Positions 42,651-57,868 of a DNA stretch of 64,000 nt are shown piece after piece. The notes beneath the pieces were generated by a model. That model was not told where the DNA came from, did no database searches, and saw only the letters and a list, made by a program, of their open reading frames with translations. Numbering within the stretch: position 1 is the stretch's first letter; each line of letters begins with the position of its first letter. Origin of the DNA: Octopus vulgaris (Eukaryota); assembly GCA_951406725.2 (NCBI GenBank), contig OX597819.1, positions 120,776,001 to 120,840,000 of the forward strand, given 5' to 3'. Both the position numbers and the translations under genes were made by a program.

Positions 42651-42661
42651 TATATATATAT

Positions 42662-42934
42662 AATACTTAGATATGTTTCGACCAAAGATTGATCCAGGCC
42701 ATGTCTAACTTAATAGCAACACCTGATAGGATTATCTAAATCATGTTTAAGTAAAGTTTTGTGTATGGTCCATTCAAGAAGTGACTTCTTGTTGTGTGAG
42801 TTGTATCCAGGTATGGGTGGCTTATCCGGTATTCCTTGAAGAAATCTGTCCAGACTCCGTTTAAAGTTGATGTTGATGGGATCCTTTTCCTCTTTGATGT
42901 CTTTCGGGATAATGTTAAACAGGGTAGAGCCTGT

Positions 42935-42935
<1 letters not shown>
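42662..42935 (-). mobile_element. CR1-group LINE 3' end
   Basis: Minus strand TGSTLFNIIPKDIKEEKDP..FKRSLDRFLQGIPDKPPIPGYNSHNKKSLLEW, typical of a CR1/Zenon ORF2 terminus, then a short 3'UTR. Confidence 0.75.
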
Positions 42936-42997
<62 letters not shown>

Positions 42998-43484
42998 CAT
43001 TTGACAAGTGAATACATGACTGTTATATGAACTTCGTTACCTTACACCTGTTTCTGGTATAGTGTGCAGTGGACACATATTCCACTAAAACATCTAATTA
43101 CATTTTGATTATACACAGTATAGATCGGTATCGAATTTATCATAGCTGATGCCGTTCCCTATATAGGCACAATGGGTTCCCAAATAAATTGGACTTCATA
43201 TTCGAAATTCCGATGAAGCTATAAGGTGTTATTCAAGCACTCAACAATGCCTCCACTGCATCTCATTGCGGAAACTGCTGTAAGCTAATGAAGTTCCTGA
43301 GATAATCTATTATTTCTTCTGCATCTCTCTGATTAGCGCTCTGTATTCAGATAACACTTCGTTCTGCAACATACGTCTATCGAGTACCACATCGGGTAAA
43401 TAGTCTTCCAATGCCTAAGCGAAATATATGTGAATATTGCGGAGAAATGGCTAACATTTGCCCTGCTTATAATTATACCATATG

Positions 43485-43581
<97 letters not shown>

Positions 43582-43702
43582 GACACTCACACACACATAC
43601 ACACACACATAAGAGTTACGCAATGAAGTACATAAGATCCGGCCCACATGTTGCATAGCGAGCTGAACCTCTCTGAGATATTTAGAAATGTAATATTTCT
43701 AT

Positions 43703-44066
<364 letters not shown>

Positions 44067-44154
44067 TATATATATATATATATATCCACATACATATACA
44101 TACGCACGCACACACACACGCACACACACACGCACACACACATATATATGTATG

Positions 44155-44330
44155 GGGAGAATTAACAAGAAAAACAAAAGACGATGACAGGAGGTGTAGA
44201 CGACAAACAGATGTATTAGTATAACGCTCGGGAAGTGAAAAAGTATTTAACGTTTCGAGCCTACGCTCTTTCACAGAAAGGAACACAGAGAGAAAAAAGG
44301 AGAGAAAATAAAGAATATGTAGTGGCTAGC
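44155..44330 (-). mobile_element. Penelope-like terminal fragment, family P2, copy 2
   Basis: Minus CTGTGAA-AGAGC-GTAG-GCTC-GAAA-CG-TT; shares TATTAGT.T.ACGCTCGGGAA with copy 1. Confidence 0.55.
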
Positions 44331-44625
44331 AATGTATATATTGAGAAAAAGTTGTCAGGATTTTGGGAAAAAAATCTTTTTACTTCATTATTATTATTAT
44401 AGCGGTTTCGTTCGTTTCTCGAACTTGTTAAATAAAATTTTGTGAATGTTCATTAACATAAAACGGATGCTTTTGGTGGGTTTTGTTTAGAATAATAGAA
44501 CAATGTTTTTGTTCTTTTGGGTGAGGTTCTACAGTAATGGAGATAGACAAATAGAAAAATAGGTAGGTAGATAGGCTGATAGATAGACAGACAGAGAGCT
44601 AGCTAGATAGATAGATATATAGATG

Positions 44626-44699
<74 letters not shown>

Positions 44700-45237
44700 G
44701 ATAGATAGATAGATAGATAGATGGATAGATAGATAGATAGCTGGATAGAGAGATAGATGAACAGATGGATAGATAGGTAGCGAGAATGAGAGAGAGAAGG
44801 AGGATCCCTCTTCTTATTCTCCATTCATTTATTTATTTAGTCCTTTACCATTGTATTGGAAAGAGTTTAAGGATGGTGAGTGACCTCCTAAAAATATATA
44901 TATACATATACACAAACACACTCATATATATATATATAACTTTGAATTTTTAGTTAGAAGTAGCTGTATACTATAAACATCATAGATGTCACATACTTAA
45001 TGGACACGTGTCGTTAACGGTTTTAGCCTAGGGAATTTCGTACAGAGAAAGTCCACTTAAAGACGTATTGCGTTAAGAAATACAGTGTACTTCAAATGCA
45101 GCAGAAACGAATCGTTACGGAGTTGATGGAGAACAACAGGTGTCGATATATTTCTACTGATCAATACTTCTGCTGATCGATACTGTATACTCAATGAAGT
45201 AAGTGTCTTGCAGAACAACGTGAACAGAAGTGTTTAA

Positions 45238-45312
<75 letters not shown>

Positions 45313-45585
45313 TACTATTATTATTATTATTATTATTATTGTTATTATTATTATTATTGTTATTATTATTATTATTATTTTTGTTATTGTTGTTGTGTTG
45401 TTGTTGTTGTTACTATTTTGTTACTCAAGAACCACAACGAACCTCCCGATGCAGGAATTGAAACCTCGCTCTCGAGATTTTGAGTGCAATCATCATTATC
45501 ATCATCAACAACATCATCATCATCATCATCATCTTCGTCATCATCTTCGTCGTCATCATTTTCGTCATCATCATCATCATCATCA
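45238..45585. repeat. (ATT)n/(GTT)n and (CAT)n microsatellites
   Basis: Direct repeats separated by a ~65-bp SINE-head-like fragment. Confidence 0.93.
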
Positions 45586-46725
45586 AGTATCCTGAGGCTA
45601 TAACTGAAGACTTTCGCCTAAGGTGCCACGCAGTGGGACTGAACCCGGAAACATGTGGTCGAGTAGCAGGCTTCTTACCACGCAGCCACGCCTTTTCAAT
45701 TTTCAGTTCCCTAACATCCATTCCATCATAACCAGCATCATTTCGCCGCGCCGCGCCGCATCATCGCACCTCCACCTCCCAGCCACCATTTCACACCATT
45801 ATCTTCTCTTTCCACAACACTGATTTAGGATTCTGTATAAAAAGACAAATATTGTAAAATTATTTTCCAAGCCTAATTTTATTTTAGTTCGTTCATCTCT
45901 CTTCTCCAAACCCACACCGACCAACACAATCTAACCATGCCATACCATACCATACCATACCATACATACCATCAAAACGTATCCTCACACCCACACCCAC
46001 AAAACATCACACCTATCCTTCAAATGTATTTCCTCTTCCTCCTCCTCCACCCTTCATTCCCTTCTTCCCTTCTTCCAACTTCTTTTCCTTTTCCTTTCGC
46101 CTATTTCGTCTCAGATTTTATTTCTCCAACTCCGTCACAATTATGATGTAACTTTTCATGTTTTTCGATATCTAATATATATTTATTCTTCATTTTCCTG
46201 CTTTTGTTGTTGTTGCTGTCGTTGTTGTTGTCTTTGAAATCATCTGTTTGTGTTATATGGTGCGGTGTGTAGTGTGGGCTGTGACTTGGTTTCGGTGTGG
46301 TACGGATGGGCGGGTGTGCAGCGGTGTAGTAGTGCGGTGAAGTGTGGAGTGATGTGATGTTCTTTAATGTAGTATGATGTGTTATGATATTGTGGAGTGG
46401 TGCGTGCATATCGGTACCCATCTATGTATTTACGCATATATACACATATATGCATACATATATGTATACATATATATATATATATATATAAATATATATA
46501 TATACATATGTATGTATATATATATATATATGTGTGTATATATATGTGTATATATATGTGTGTGTATATATATATATATATATATGCACACGCATAGATG
46601 TATGTATTATGTACATATATATACATTCACACCCATGTTATAACATATATCTGTACATACCCAAACAAGCTGACACATATATGTATATATATATATATGT
46701 TTATTTATATATATATATATGTATG

Positions 46726-46786
<61 letters not shown>

Positions 46787-47009
46787 GTGCGCGCACGCAC
46801 ACACATATAAAATCTGGAAGGCAAATTTTGCCCCCCAAGTCTTCTGTATTATATTCGCCTTAGAGTTATTTTTCCGAATTCAAGTCATTGATATACTTTA
46901 GTTGTTTTAACACTCATTCATTCATACATACATACGTACATACATACATACATACATACTCACACACACACACACATATATATATACGTGTTTGTGTATG
47001 CTTTTGAGA

Positions 47010-47250
47010 AATGGTGATGATGAGGGCATGTCAGTGTCCAGATTGCACATGGGGACGAATTGACAACTTAAAGTGAACCTATATGGATCAAACGATTGGT
47101 CAATTAATGAAGAAAAGGACGATGCAGCCTCCGTTGGGGAACAAAGCACGTTGATAACAAGCGAATCATTGGCGGAAATATAGAAACTTTAGATCACCTT
47201 ACACATGTTTGGGACATATTTGACCCGTGAAGATGCCCTATTCACTGCGG
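47010..47250 (+). pseudogene. possible decayed RTE-like LINE C-terminal fragment
   Basis: LKVNLYG ... RKGRCSLRW echoes the RTE motif K.LLYG...R..GRP.LRW across a frameshift. Confidence 0.3.
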
Positions 47251-49344
47251 TTTGCCATGGAAAATATTTATCACTACAGATAAGAGGTGTAAACATAAAA
47301 GCTCCTAAAGATGATTAAATGCATTGCAAGTTAGTTAAGCTCCCAAAAGTATTAGATGCTAAGCGAGATAGCACACACTCGGCCCCTTTTCAAATTGCAC
47401 TGTAAAATCTTGCGTTTAACTTCCACTGAAAATGAAAATATGACCAGAATATAAAGATGGTTGAACTTGAACTAAACTATATATTTCTTCTGTTATAAAA
47501 AATTGTCGACGAACTAATGAGACCTGTTCTTGTGTAAAAGCAACAAACCGCGTTAAAGATATTGTACTTAATATCGTAATTTACAAAAAACTGCAAGCCA
47601 ACTCAAGAAAAAGCGAAAAATTACTCTAAACGTATTGTAACGTACCTAGACATATTTAACACGTTCTGGTAGATTGGAACGTAAGTATTTGATCACTGTT
47701 CTTTTTCGTAATCAGAGACCATTTCTCCCTTTTAGCAGGTGTGTTCATCACAAGCGTGGCTCACAGTCTAGCGGGACTCTGAGGCATCGTGTCATTCCGA
47801 CCCCGTTGTGTTTCTCCGCAATCAAAGCTACCTCCAGCGGGTCAAGTAATTTAACAAGGTTACTGGCTCAGGCTTATAAAAAACTACAAATAAAATATTT
47901 ACTGTTGCGAGCTGATGTCTAAGGAACGTATAATAATTCACGAAGTGCACACAGAACAGCAAGTATCCAAATAATATTGTATCTATTCACTTTCAATGCA
48001 TTCTGGAAGGTTCGAACATGAATGTCTAATCATTATTGTTTTCCATCATCGAAGGACACCTCCTCTCTTTAAACAATGTTCTCACTGTTCAACGTTCATT
48101 CCATAAAATGTAATGATTATAATGTAATCTTTGAAAGTGTTAAGCGTATTCTTTTCAGTAATTATCGCAGGAAATAAAGGATTATATTGCGAAAATAAAC
48201 GATGTACTTCACAATCATAATAAGTTCATCACACTATTTGAAAAGAAATAGATTAATAATGTTGTTAAAATTCAAATAATATCGACAGAGGAGAGTTTAA
48301 ATTTTACAAGTCTAAGGGACTGGAAAAATTGAAGGAGCTGAGAAAACACATGTATCTATGGAAACGAGTTGGTGGAATTGGTCAAAATACTTAGCGGCAT
48401 TTCATCTGGCTCTGTGCCTTCTGAGTTCATTTCATCCAAGGTCAACTTTGCATTTCATTCCTTCGGAGTTTATGAATAAAGTTCCAGTCACGTATCGAAC
48501 TCGATGTAGTCAATTTGAATCCTCACCTCCAAACATCTAATCTTGATCCCTACAACAGCTACATACCGGTGTCTTGTTCAAAGTGGAAGTTGTGACGTCG
48601 GTCACTTAGACCGGGTAATTGGCCCCATGATTACTAGGGCTAATGAAAATTTAAAAACAAATATAAAAAGTATAAAAAGTTGGTATACAAATTAAAAAAT
48701 GATTGAAGGAGCATATACAACACATGTATTATGGGAGTAGATATATAACTTCAACTCGCAGTTAGGTGGTTCCGTTTCCGATCCTACGTCATGAAAACAA
48801 GAAAACGTTCTACCACAGACGCAAGTTGACCTGTACAATATGAAATTAATTTAGTAGACGAAAACTGTGCAGAAGCCTCTCCTGTATATTTTGTATGTAC
48901 CGTTTATTGATGTACATTGCCAAAAGTTGTAAATCATGTGCTAAAATACCGACTCGCAAATGTACAGCGAATAAAATCTCAAGTTTCATGTCTTCCTTGA
49001 GTTACAGACACTCCTTGTCATCCTTGCTTTTATAAACGCTCTTATCCGAAATATTGAAAACCAGCACCCAATGACATTTACGGAACTCTAAAGAAAAATG
49101 GCAACAAAAAAAGAAAAGAAAAATGAGGAAAAGTGTTTTTTTCTTTCATCTGTGATGTAGTATAACAGTTTTCAGCGGTTACATGAAACATCTAATCTGT
49201 ATTATATATATGCATGTTAAGCCTGGTGCTTTCCCTGCGCAAATCATGTTTCATAATTCAATTATATATGCACTACAGATTGATTAAAAGATATCGTGAC
49301 AGACTGATACAGACAGGAATATAGAGCGATCGATCGATAGATAG

Positions 49345-49379
<35 letters not shown>

Positions 49380-49498
49380 CAGACAGAGACAGACATAGAC
49401 TGAGAGAGAGAGAGAATGGGTGGGTGGATAGTCAGTAATATATATATAAGTCAGTAAATGGTAGGGTTGTGTTAACCGCACGTGGAGAAATGATAGGA

Positions 49499-49851
49499 GA
49501 GGAAAAATTAAAATAATGTAGAATGCTAAATTGAAAGTAAATTTTAATAAAAATGGGTGTATGAAAAATTAAAAAAGAAAAAAATAATAAATCAAACCGA
49601 TTTTCATTGCAAGGCAAATTTTCGAGATTTGGAAGGGAAAAAAGAAATTTACAATGTTTTTTCAAAACGTTGTAAATTTCATTTTCCCATTCCTTAGTTT
49701 AAAATAAATTTTTTTCCCTTTCCAAATCTTGAAAATTTGCCTTGCAATGAAAGTCGATTTGATTTATTATTTCTTCGTTTTTAATTTTTCATACACCCAT
49801 TTTTATTAAAAATTACATTCAATTTAGCATTCTGCCTTATTATAAATTTTC

Positions 49852-49854
<3 letters not shown>
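49499..49854. mobile_element. fold-back MITE with ~150-bp inverted arms (GAG...CTC termini)
   Basis: AGAATGCTAAATTGAA/TTCAATTTAGCATTCT, AAAATGGGTGTATGAAAAATTAAAAA/TTTTTAATTTTTCATACACCCATTTT, TTCATTGCAAGGCAAATTTTC/GAAAATTTGCCTTGCAATGAA; abuts (TA)n. Confidence 0.85.
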
Positions 49855-49903
<49 letters not shown>

Positions 49904-52060
49904 AATCTTGTATGGATATATCTTTCTATGTATCCTTCTACCTATATATATATATATATATAGGTAGAACGATACATAGAGAGATATATCCATACAAGAT
50001 TTGATACAATTTGAATAAATATACATTCGAATTTCTCGACTATATTGGTAAAATTGCGTAAAAGTAGACTTGTATCGTTGACATACATACATACATACAT
50101 ACGTACATATATACAAACATGTATGCATACATGCATACATACACATACATACATACATACATACATACATACATGAATACATACATACATACATGCATGC
50201 GTACATACATACTTGCATATATATAAGCATGCATGCATACATTCATGCATACATTCATGCCTACATACATGCATTCATTCTTGCATGCATACATACATAC
50301 GTGTATACATGCATACGTATTGAAGTACATACATAGAGAAGCTTCACATTATTGAAAGCATATATAAATATTTACTCAAAGAATATTGTAGAACATTCCT
50401 ATCAAATCTTCTATTGTGTGAAACATAACAGGCCAGATATTGTTATTTGGGATAAACAATAAATAGTAACTCTGTCATAAAACTCAGCAGTCAGGCTCAT
50501 GTGAAAATCTCTTCGAAATTCAAAGAGAAACAGGATAACTACAGACAACTGCTTCGAAATACTCAATTTCTATGTCCAAATTATGAATTCACATTTATAC
50601 CACTGATAATTGACGTGCTTAGATTCGTGAAATAATGCCACAGTGATAAATGATATAAGCTAGAGTATATAATCTCGATAAGCTAACGCGCAGATTACAC
50701 GTATTGTCTCTTAGCAGAATAGCAAAAGTATGCAAGATTTTGTTAAATTCAAAAGGTGTTCTTTCTGCTTAGTGACGAAGATTTGTTTCTTTGTTAGAAA
50801 CCGATTTTTCTGCGCAGGAAGATTTCAAATAATTACAAATAGAACGGAACATACATATATACACAAACATACGGATAGATAGGTGGTCAGTCAGATAGAT
50901 AGGTAGATAGACAGACAGACAGGTAGATTGATAGACAGTAACAGACAGATAGATAGATCTAGCGATAGATAGAAAGATAGATAGATAAATAGATAAGCAG
51001 ACTAATAGATATATATATATATAGATAGATAGATAGATAGATAGATAGGTAGGTAGGTAGGTAGGTAGGTAGGTAGGTAGGTAGGTAGGTAGGTAGGTAG
51101 GTAGGTAGGTGGGTGGGTAGATAGGTAGGTAGATCGATAGATATAAAAAGCGACTCGCAGTTAGACAGAAAGACCGATATAGTTAGAAAGACAGATGCAT
51201 AAATAATGTTATTTAGCCATCTAGCTAGAAAGATAGATAAATAGGTAGAAAGATAGATAGATATAATTTCATCACGAAACAGACAGTGAGATACGAGACT
51301 GGACATGTAACTCTGACGGTTTGCAATATTTATAAATTAAGCATTATTTTTCTTATTTAATTGGGCATGAAGTGTTCTTTTTTTTTTTTCATATGGATCT
51401 TAATAATTTCCGAAAGTGAATCATGAGTTTATATAAAAGCATATTACTTGATACTGACTGAGTAATTTTTGTAATAAATATTAGTGATCCCATGTTCATC
51501 TGACATGCAAAAGAACACCATCTGTGTCCTTCAGTTCAGGCAAATAGAAAACAGGAAACAGCGCACGCATTCATCAATTACCGCTCAAACACTGGACGCC
51601 AAAATTAGTTAGCACTGATTATGGAGAACAGCTGCCTCCATTTTGATTATAACCACGACCTACTGACGCACAGGAATAGAATCGACAGTGGAGAGAGTGC
51701 TCAGTATGTCTAGGTGGTCTGCATAAAACTCATCACTTCATAGCGTCGTGTGTTCCTCAGATGGGATGATTTGGTGCATGCAGAGGATTTCTGGGGAGAT
51801 GGATTTGAAAGTCGTGCCTCGTCATTCAGCCAACTACTAGTGTGTCACAGAACTGTCCAATGAGGACTGACCAGTGGCTAATATCAACAACAAAAGCATT
51901 CAAATCCGAGCGAACATGCTGCTCACTGGTAATTCATTCCTGACCTAGTTAGAAATTCACATCAAGTAGTCCTCAAATCACCGACACCTTCTTCAAACAG
52001 AGATGTACACACCGCATGAAATAGTTATTGTTACACTCTACAGAGAAAACAATGTAAGAT

Positions 52061-52565
52061 GTCTTTCCTACTCTAGAAACAGGAGGCACATGGCTCAGTG
52101 ATTAGAGCAGCGGACTCGCGGTCGAGGTATCGCCGGTTAGAATCTTAAACCGAGCGATGTGTTGTTTACACGGCTCCGGCAGAAGGTAATGGCGAACTTC
52201 TGCTGACTCTTTCGTCACTGCTTTCTCTCACTCTTTCCTCCTGCATTTTGCAGCTCACCTGCGACCGACTGGTGTCTCGTTCAGGTGGGGAACCTATATG
52301 CCAAGGAAACCGGGAAACCGGCCTTAATGAGCCAGGCGTGGCTCGAGAAGGAACAAACAACTCTAGGAACAAGGCCTGAAATTTTGGGGGAGGGGTTCAG
52401 TCGATTAGATCGTCCCAGTACGCAACTGGTACTTAATTTATCGACCTCGAAAGGATGAAAGGTAAAGTCGACCTCGGCGGAATTTGAACTCAGAACGTAA
52501 AGACAGACGAAATAATACTAAGTATTTCGCCCGGCGTGCTAACGTTTCTGCCAGCTCGCCGCCTT
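52061..52565 (-). mobile_element. SINE family A (minus) containing a nested SINE family C (plus, 52082-52360)
   Basis: Outer TSD AAACAATG(T/C)AAGAT at 52047-52060/52566-52579; inner TSD CTCTAG(A/G)AACA at 52071-52081/52361-52371. Confidence 0.88.
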
Positions 52566-52879
52566 AAACAATGCAAGATATTACGATTGTAATGCCTTTA
52601 AGAACAGTATTAATCTTTACAGGGTTGATCTGAACCCCAAATTAAGGACAATGAACCTAACGTACATTAATTGATGATGGACATCAGTGAGTTTAATATT
52701 CAATTAGAATGGTGCATATTTTATGCTGAATGTTTTGGTACCTTATGTAAGTGCCGTGGTTTCAACTACTCTAGTCTTCAATTCAAACCTTATAGGCTCA
52801 GAGCTATGATTAAAGTGTGTGCTTATCGCAGCAAAGAAAATTTTCGTTGTTTTGAATTTTCCAATTACTCATAACTGAC

Positions 52880-54190
52880 AATGGCTACCTTTGATCTGGA
52901 ATATAGCTGGAATCAGTGTCATTTGAGGCTGCTCTTGATTTTGTTGCAACACGCCCCATTCCACGTACAGACTTGTATAGCAAGCCCAGATTGCTGTCCC
53001 CTTAAAAGCGCCGGGCAGAGCTGTCTACCAACGTTGCTGATTTGAGTACCCCACATCATCGAGGTACTCAAGTCAGCGTTAAGGAGTTTTATAATTATTT
53101 GAGGCTGAATTAGCTAATGACCTTGAAGACGAAACCAATCGATGGGATGCAGTCCAAGCTATGTTAAGAAACTGTTTATGCAGAGATGCGGAGATAGAAC
53201 CTCCGTGATAGTGAGAATAAATAATTGGAGTGATTTTAGGGCTCTCGCTGATGGTTGCTCACGATTAACGAGTTGTGTAATGTCATGATGATTACTTGAT
53301 GAGCCTGTTTGTATTTTCTTTTGGTTGAAAGAAAGTAAATTGGTAAATCGCCACAGGAGGATGCTTTCGTTGTCTCTATTCATGAAATCAGTATGTCTTT
53401 AGTGAGTGGTGCTTACATTATGAATGGATAACTCTTTACAGGACAATGTTTTTGGAAGAACAAGATTTGTTTTATCGGCGATACGATGTCATTGTTAGAT
53501 GTGGCAGCTTATAAATCTTCGATGAGTTACAGCAAGAGGCAAGAGGACTAAATAGTTCCTTGAGACACTTCAGAGTTTATGGCACAACGGACAGGGAAGA
53601 ACTTTACCAACAGATATGATTATAAGGAGATCCAATAAGGTGTCAAGCTGGCAAAAACGTTTGCACGCTGGGTGAAATGCTTAGTGGTATTTCGCCTGCC
53701 GTTACGTTCTAAGTTCAAATTCCGCCGAGGTCGACTTTGCCCTTCATCTTTTCAGGGTCGATAAATAAAGTACCACTTACGCACTGGGGTCGATGTAATC
53801 GACTTAATCCCTTTGTCTGTCCTTGCTTGTCCCCTCCATGTTTGGCCGCTTGTGGGCAATAAAGAAATAAGAAGCTACCGATCCAAAGATGAGAGATGGC
53901 TGGAAACCTTAAGTATAAAATTTCGATGAGAGATTTGCATTCCCAAAAAAACAAAAAGTTAGCTGACGTCGACGCTCTACGCATTTCTTTTATAATATCT
54001 CCGAACCAACCCCATTAGCTTGAGAGAAACGTGAGTAGGATCTGGCGTTCGGAAACAGTAGATTTAAGACATTTAGGATATAGCGGTCAATGTTTGTCTT
54101 TATTATCTTAGCGATATTAGAAGTGATTGCAAAAGGAGAATATTCGACAGGGTCAATGAGTTTGCCTTTCTTGGGAACGCAGCCAATTTT
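52880..54190 (-). pseudogene. decayed CR1/L2-group reverse transcriptase
   Basis: Ordered motif remnants on minus: VPKKGKLIDPVEYSPFAITSNIAKII, FWECKSLIEIL...WIGSFL, INSEVSQGT.SP, (Y)ADK, NRDNESILLW..NLLSFNQKK; interrupted by a SINE at 53637-53870. Confidence 0.72.
53637..53870 (+). mobile_element. SINE family A monomer inserted in the RT remnant
   Basis: Head, core and tail 1; AATAAG at both junctions. Confidence 0.88.
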
Positions 54191-54400
54191 TTTCCCATAT
54201 TACTATTGATAGCTTTACAAATAGTTTTCATTGAATATTTTGTACTTAAGTGAAGCGCGTCACTGCAAAGTAATTAGTGCTAGAAAGATTTATAGACATT
54301 TGTTCATATAATTATACTAAAAGGTTTAGTCCTGATTATATTTCCGCTTCTAAATTTGGTATTATTAGATAAAAGTTGTTCTATTATTATAGACTCCAAA

Positions 54401-54818
54401 GATCTTTTCGGTTTGAACGGCAGTTTTTAATATGATTTCCACGTAACTAAAAAATTTAAAACTTCGTATACTTGTAGAATGTGTTTATAAAACATCTTTT
54501 TCTCTTGGTTTTATTGAGAAAATTCTATAGTTTGTAAGATATTTGTTGTTTTTTCTTCAATTTCTGAAATTTCAACCAATCACTGACGTCTATTGAGGTT
54601 AAAAACAATCTGTGCCGTATGAATATGTCCCTCGTTTAAGAAACAAATTGGGTTTATTTACATTTGTGAAGAAAAAAAGATACCCTTCCTCCACCCCTAA
54701 CCTAACCCTAACCCTACAACAGACTGAAATGCAATAGATCGATACTAGGGTCATAATTATGGGTGACAATTTCATATGACACCGTTGGAAAAATCTGCCG
54801 TTCAAACCGAAAAGATCC
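54401..54818. mobile_element. non-autonomous DNA transposon with 23-bp TIRs, 8-9-bp TSD and internal CCCTAA repeats (Mutator-like?)
   Basis: GATCTTTTCGGTTTGAACGGCAG ... CTGCCGTTCAAACCGAAAAGATC(C); flanks GACTCCAAA (54392-54400) and GATTCCAAA (54819-54827). Confidence 0.88.
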
Positions 54819-55453
54819 GATTCCAAAACTCACTTTCTGTGACAGATTTGTTTTAGGTCACTTATATTAAATAAGTCTCTGTCGTATACTACTATAGGTT
54901 TACTTCTGCTAATGTTCTGTTAAATGTGTTTTATGATCTTATGCAGCATATTAGAGTATAAATGTAGGTACAGTAATTCAGTAGGTGATGCTTCCTCTGC
55001 TTAAACTTAGTCTTGGACCCTGAAAATTAATATATATCCATAATTTCTGAGCGTAATGTTTAATTTAAATTCTTCACACATCGAAAGAATACTTTTTCTG
55101 ATATTGTCCGTGTCATGCCTTATCATGATACACAAAACGACCCATCCATCGTCTCCATAGAGTCATATTCTAGTTGGCTTCATTTTATTTTTCTGCGAGT
55201 ACAATATAAGCTGACTAAATCAATAATCTCTATTCCAATGCAATTTACTTCTGTGTTTATAAACCAATAAATAACTGTTATAAAATAATAAAGACTGCAT
55301 TTATTTTACCATTGATATCAGAGTCGGGTTTTCAAAATACTAGAGCTTCTAGAAAGATATCGAGTTACACTGCAAGTCATGCTTGTGAGTATTTAATAGT
55401 GTTTCCGTTCTGCGTAAACTGAGGCACGTCATTTGTAATATAACTTAATGTTA

Positions 55454-56346
55454 AGGCGGCGAGCTGGCAGAAACGTTAGCACGCCGGGCGAAATGCTTTG
55501 CGATATTTCGTCTGCCGTTACATTCTAAGTTCAAATTCCGCCGAGGTCGACTTTGCCTTTCATCTTTTCGGGATCGATAAATTAAGTACCAGTTACGCAC
55601 TGGGGTCGATATAATCGACTTAATCTGTTTGTCTGTCATTGTTTGTCCCCTCTATGTTAAGCCTCTTGTGGGAAATAAAGAAATAAGAAATGATAGCACG
55701 CCGGGCGAAATGCTTAGCGGTATTTCGTCTGCCGCTACGTTCTGTGTTCAAATTCCGCCGAGGTCCATTCTGCCTTTCATTCTTTCGGTGTCGATTAAAT
55801 AAGTATCAATTACGCACTGGGGTCGATATAATCGATTTAATCCGTTTGTCTGTCCTTGTTTGTCCTCTCTGTCTTTAGCCCCTTGTGAGTCGTAAAGAAA
55901 TAGGTATTTACCGCTAAGCATTTCGCCCGGCGTACTAACGATTCTGCTAGCTCACCGCTTTGAAATAATCTTTACGTTCTGAGTTCAAATTACGTCGAGG
56001 TCGACTTTGCTCTTCATCCTTTCGGGGTCGATAAATCAAATACCAGTTGCGTACTAGGATCGATCTCTTCGACTGGCCCAATCTCCCAAAATTTCGGGCC
56101 TTGTGCCTAGAATAGAGAAGATTATTCCAAGGCGGCGACGAGGTGGAATCGTTATCACCCTGGGCAAAATACTTAGCGGTATTTCGTCTGTTCTTACGTT
56201 CTAAGTTCAGATTCCGTCGAGGTCGATTCTGTTTTTCCTCCTTTCGGGGTCGATAAATTAAGTACCAGTTACGTACTGGGGTTGCTCTCATCGACTGCCC
56301 CCTCCCCAAAACATCCGGGCCGTGTGCCTAGAGTAGAAAAGAATAT
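55454..56346 (+). mobile_element. SINE family A cluster
   Basis: Four cores with tails 1,1,2,2 and a short inverted head fragment at 55909-55958. Confidence 0.88.
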
Positions 56347-56449
56347 AATTTAATGTATTACTAATGCATTTGTCTAGTTGCCAATAGCATCATACGTATT
56401 TAAATTTATTCACTTATATTTTCTTCATATAGTTTAATAATAATTTTCA

Positions 56450-57390
<941 letters not shown>

Positions 57391-57820
57391 AAAGGCAAAG
57401 TTGGATATTTTATATAATGAATTCTCGAACAACTGCATTATGAAACATGTTACTACAGCTGAAAATAAAATGGCTTACGTAGGCTTGTTAGAAAGATGTT
57501 TTAAGAATCGGCATTGCTGCATAGAACCACATTGAAACATAGTCACAAAGGAAACCTTATATCACTATCTTGTAGAAGCTGGATTCGAGCTGGGATCCGT
57601 TATTTTAAAATTAAATTGAATGACTTTCTTATGTGCTACGCCAAATAGTCAAACATATCTGGGAATAAGGTAATTATGCTGATCAGAAATTAAACGCACT
57701 GGAATCTATAATGTCAGAACCACTTAGCGGCACCTTGGACAAGTGTCCTTTACTGTATTACCGGGTCCACCAGTGCCTTCTGAGAAGATCTGGTAGACGG
57801 AAACTGTCTAGACGGCTATT

Positions 57821-57868
<48 letters not shown>

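Noticed and set aside
47725-47850. Possible host exon after TTTCTCCCTTTTAGCAG
   Set aside because: Acceptor-like site only; no recognisable protein, a weak donor and no partner exons.
51600-51900. Faint RTE-like coding echo (also 21740-22030)
   Set aside because: Too degenerate to support without a profile search.
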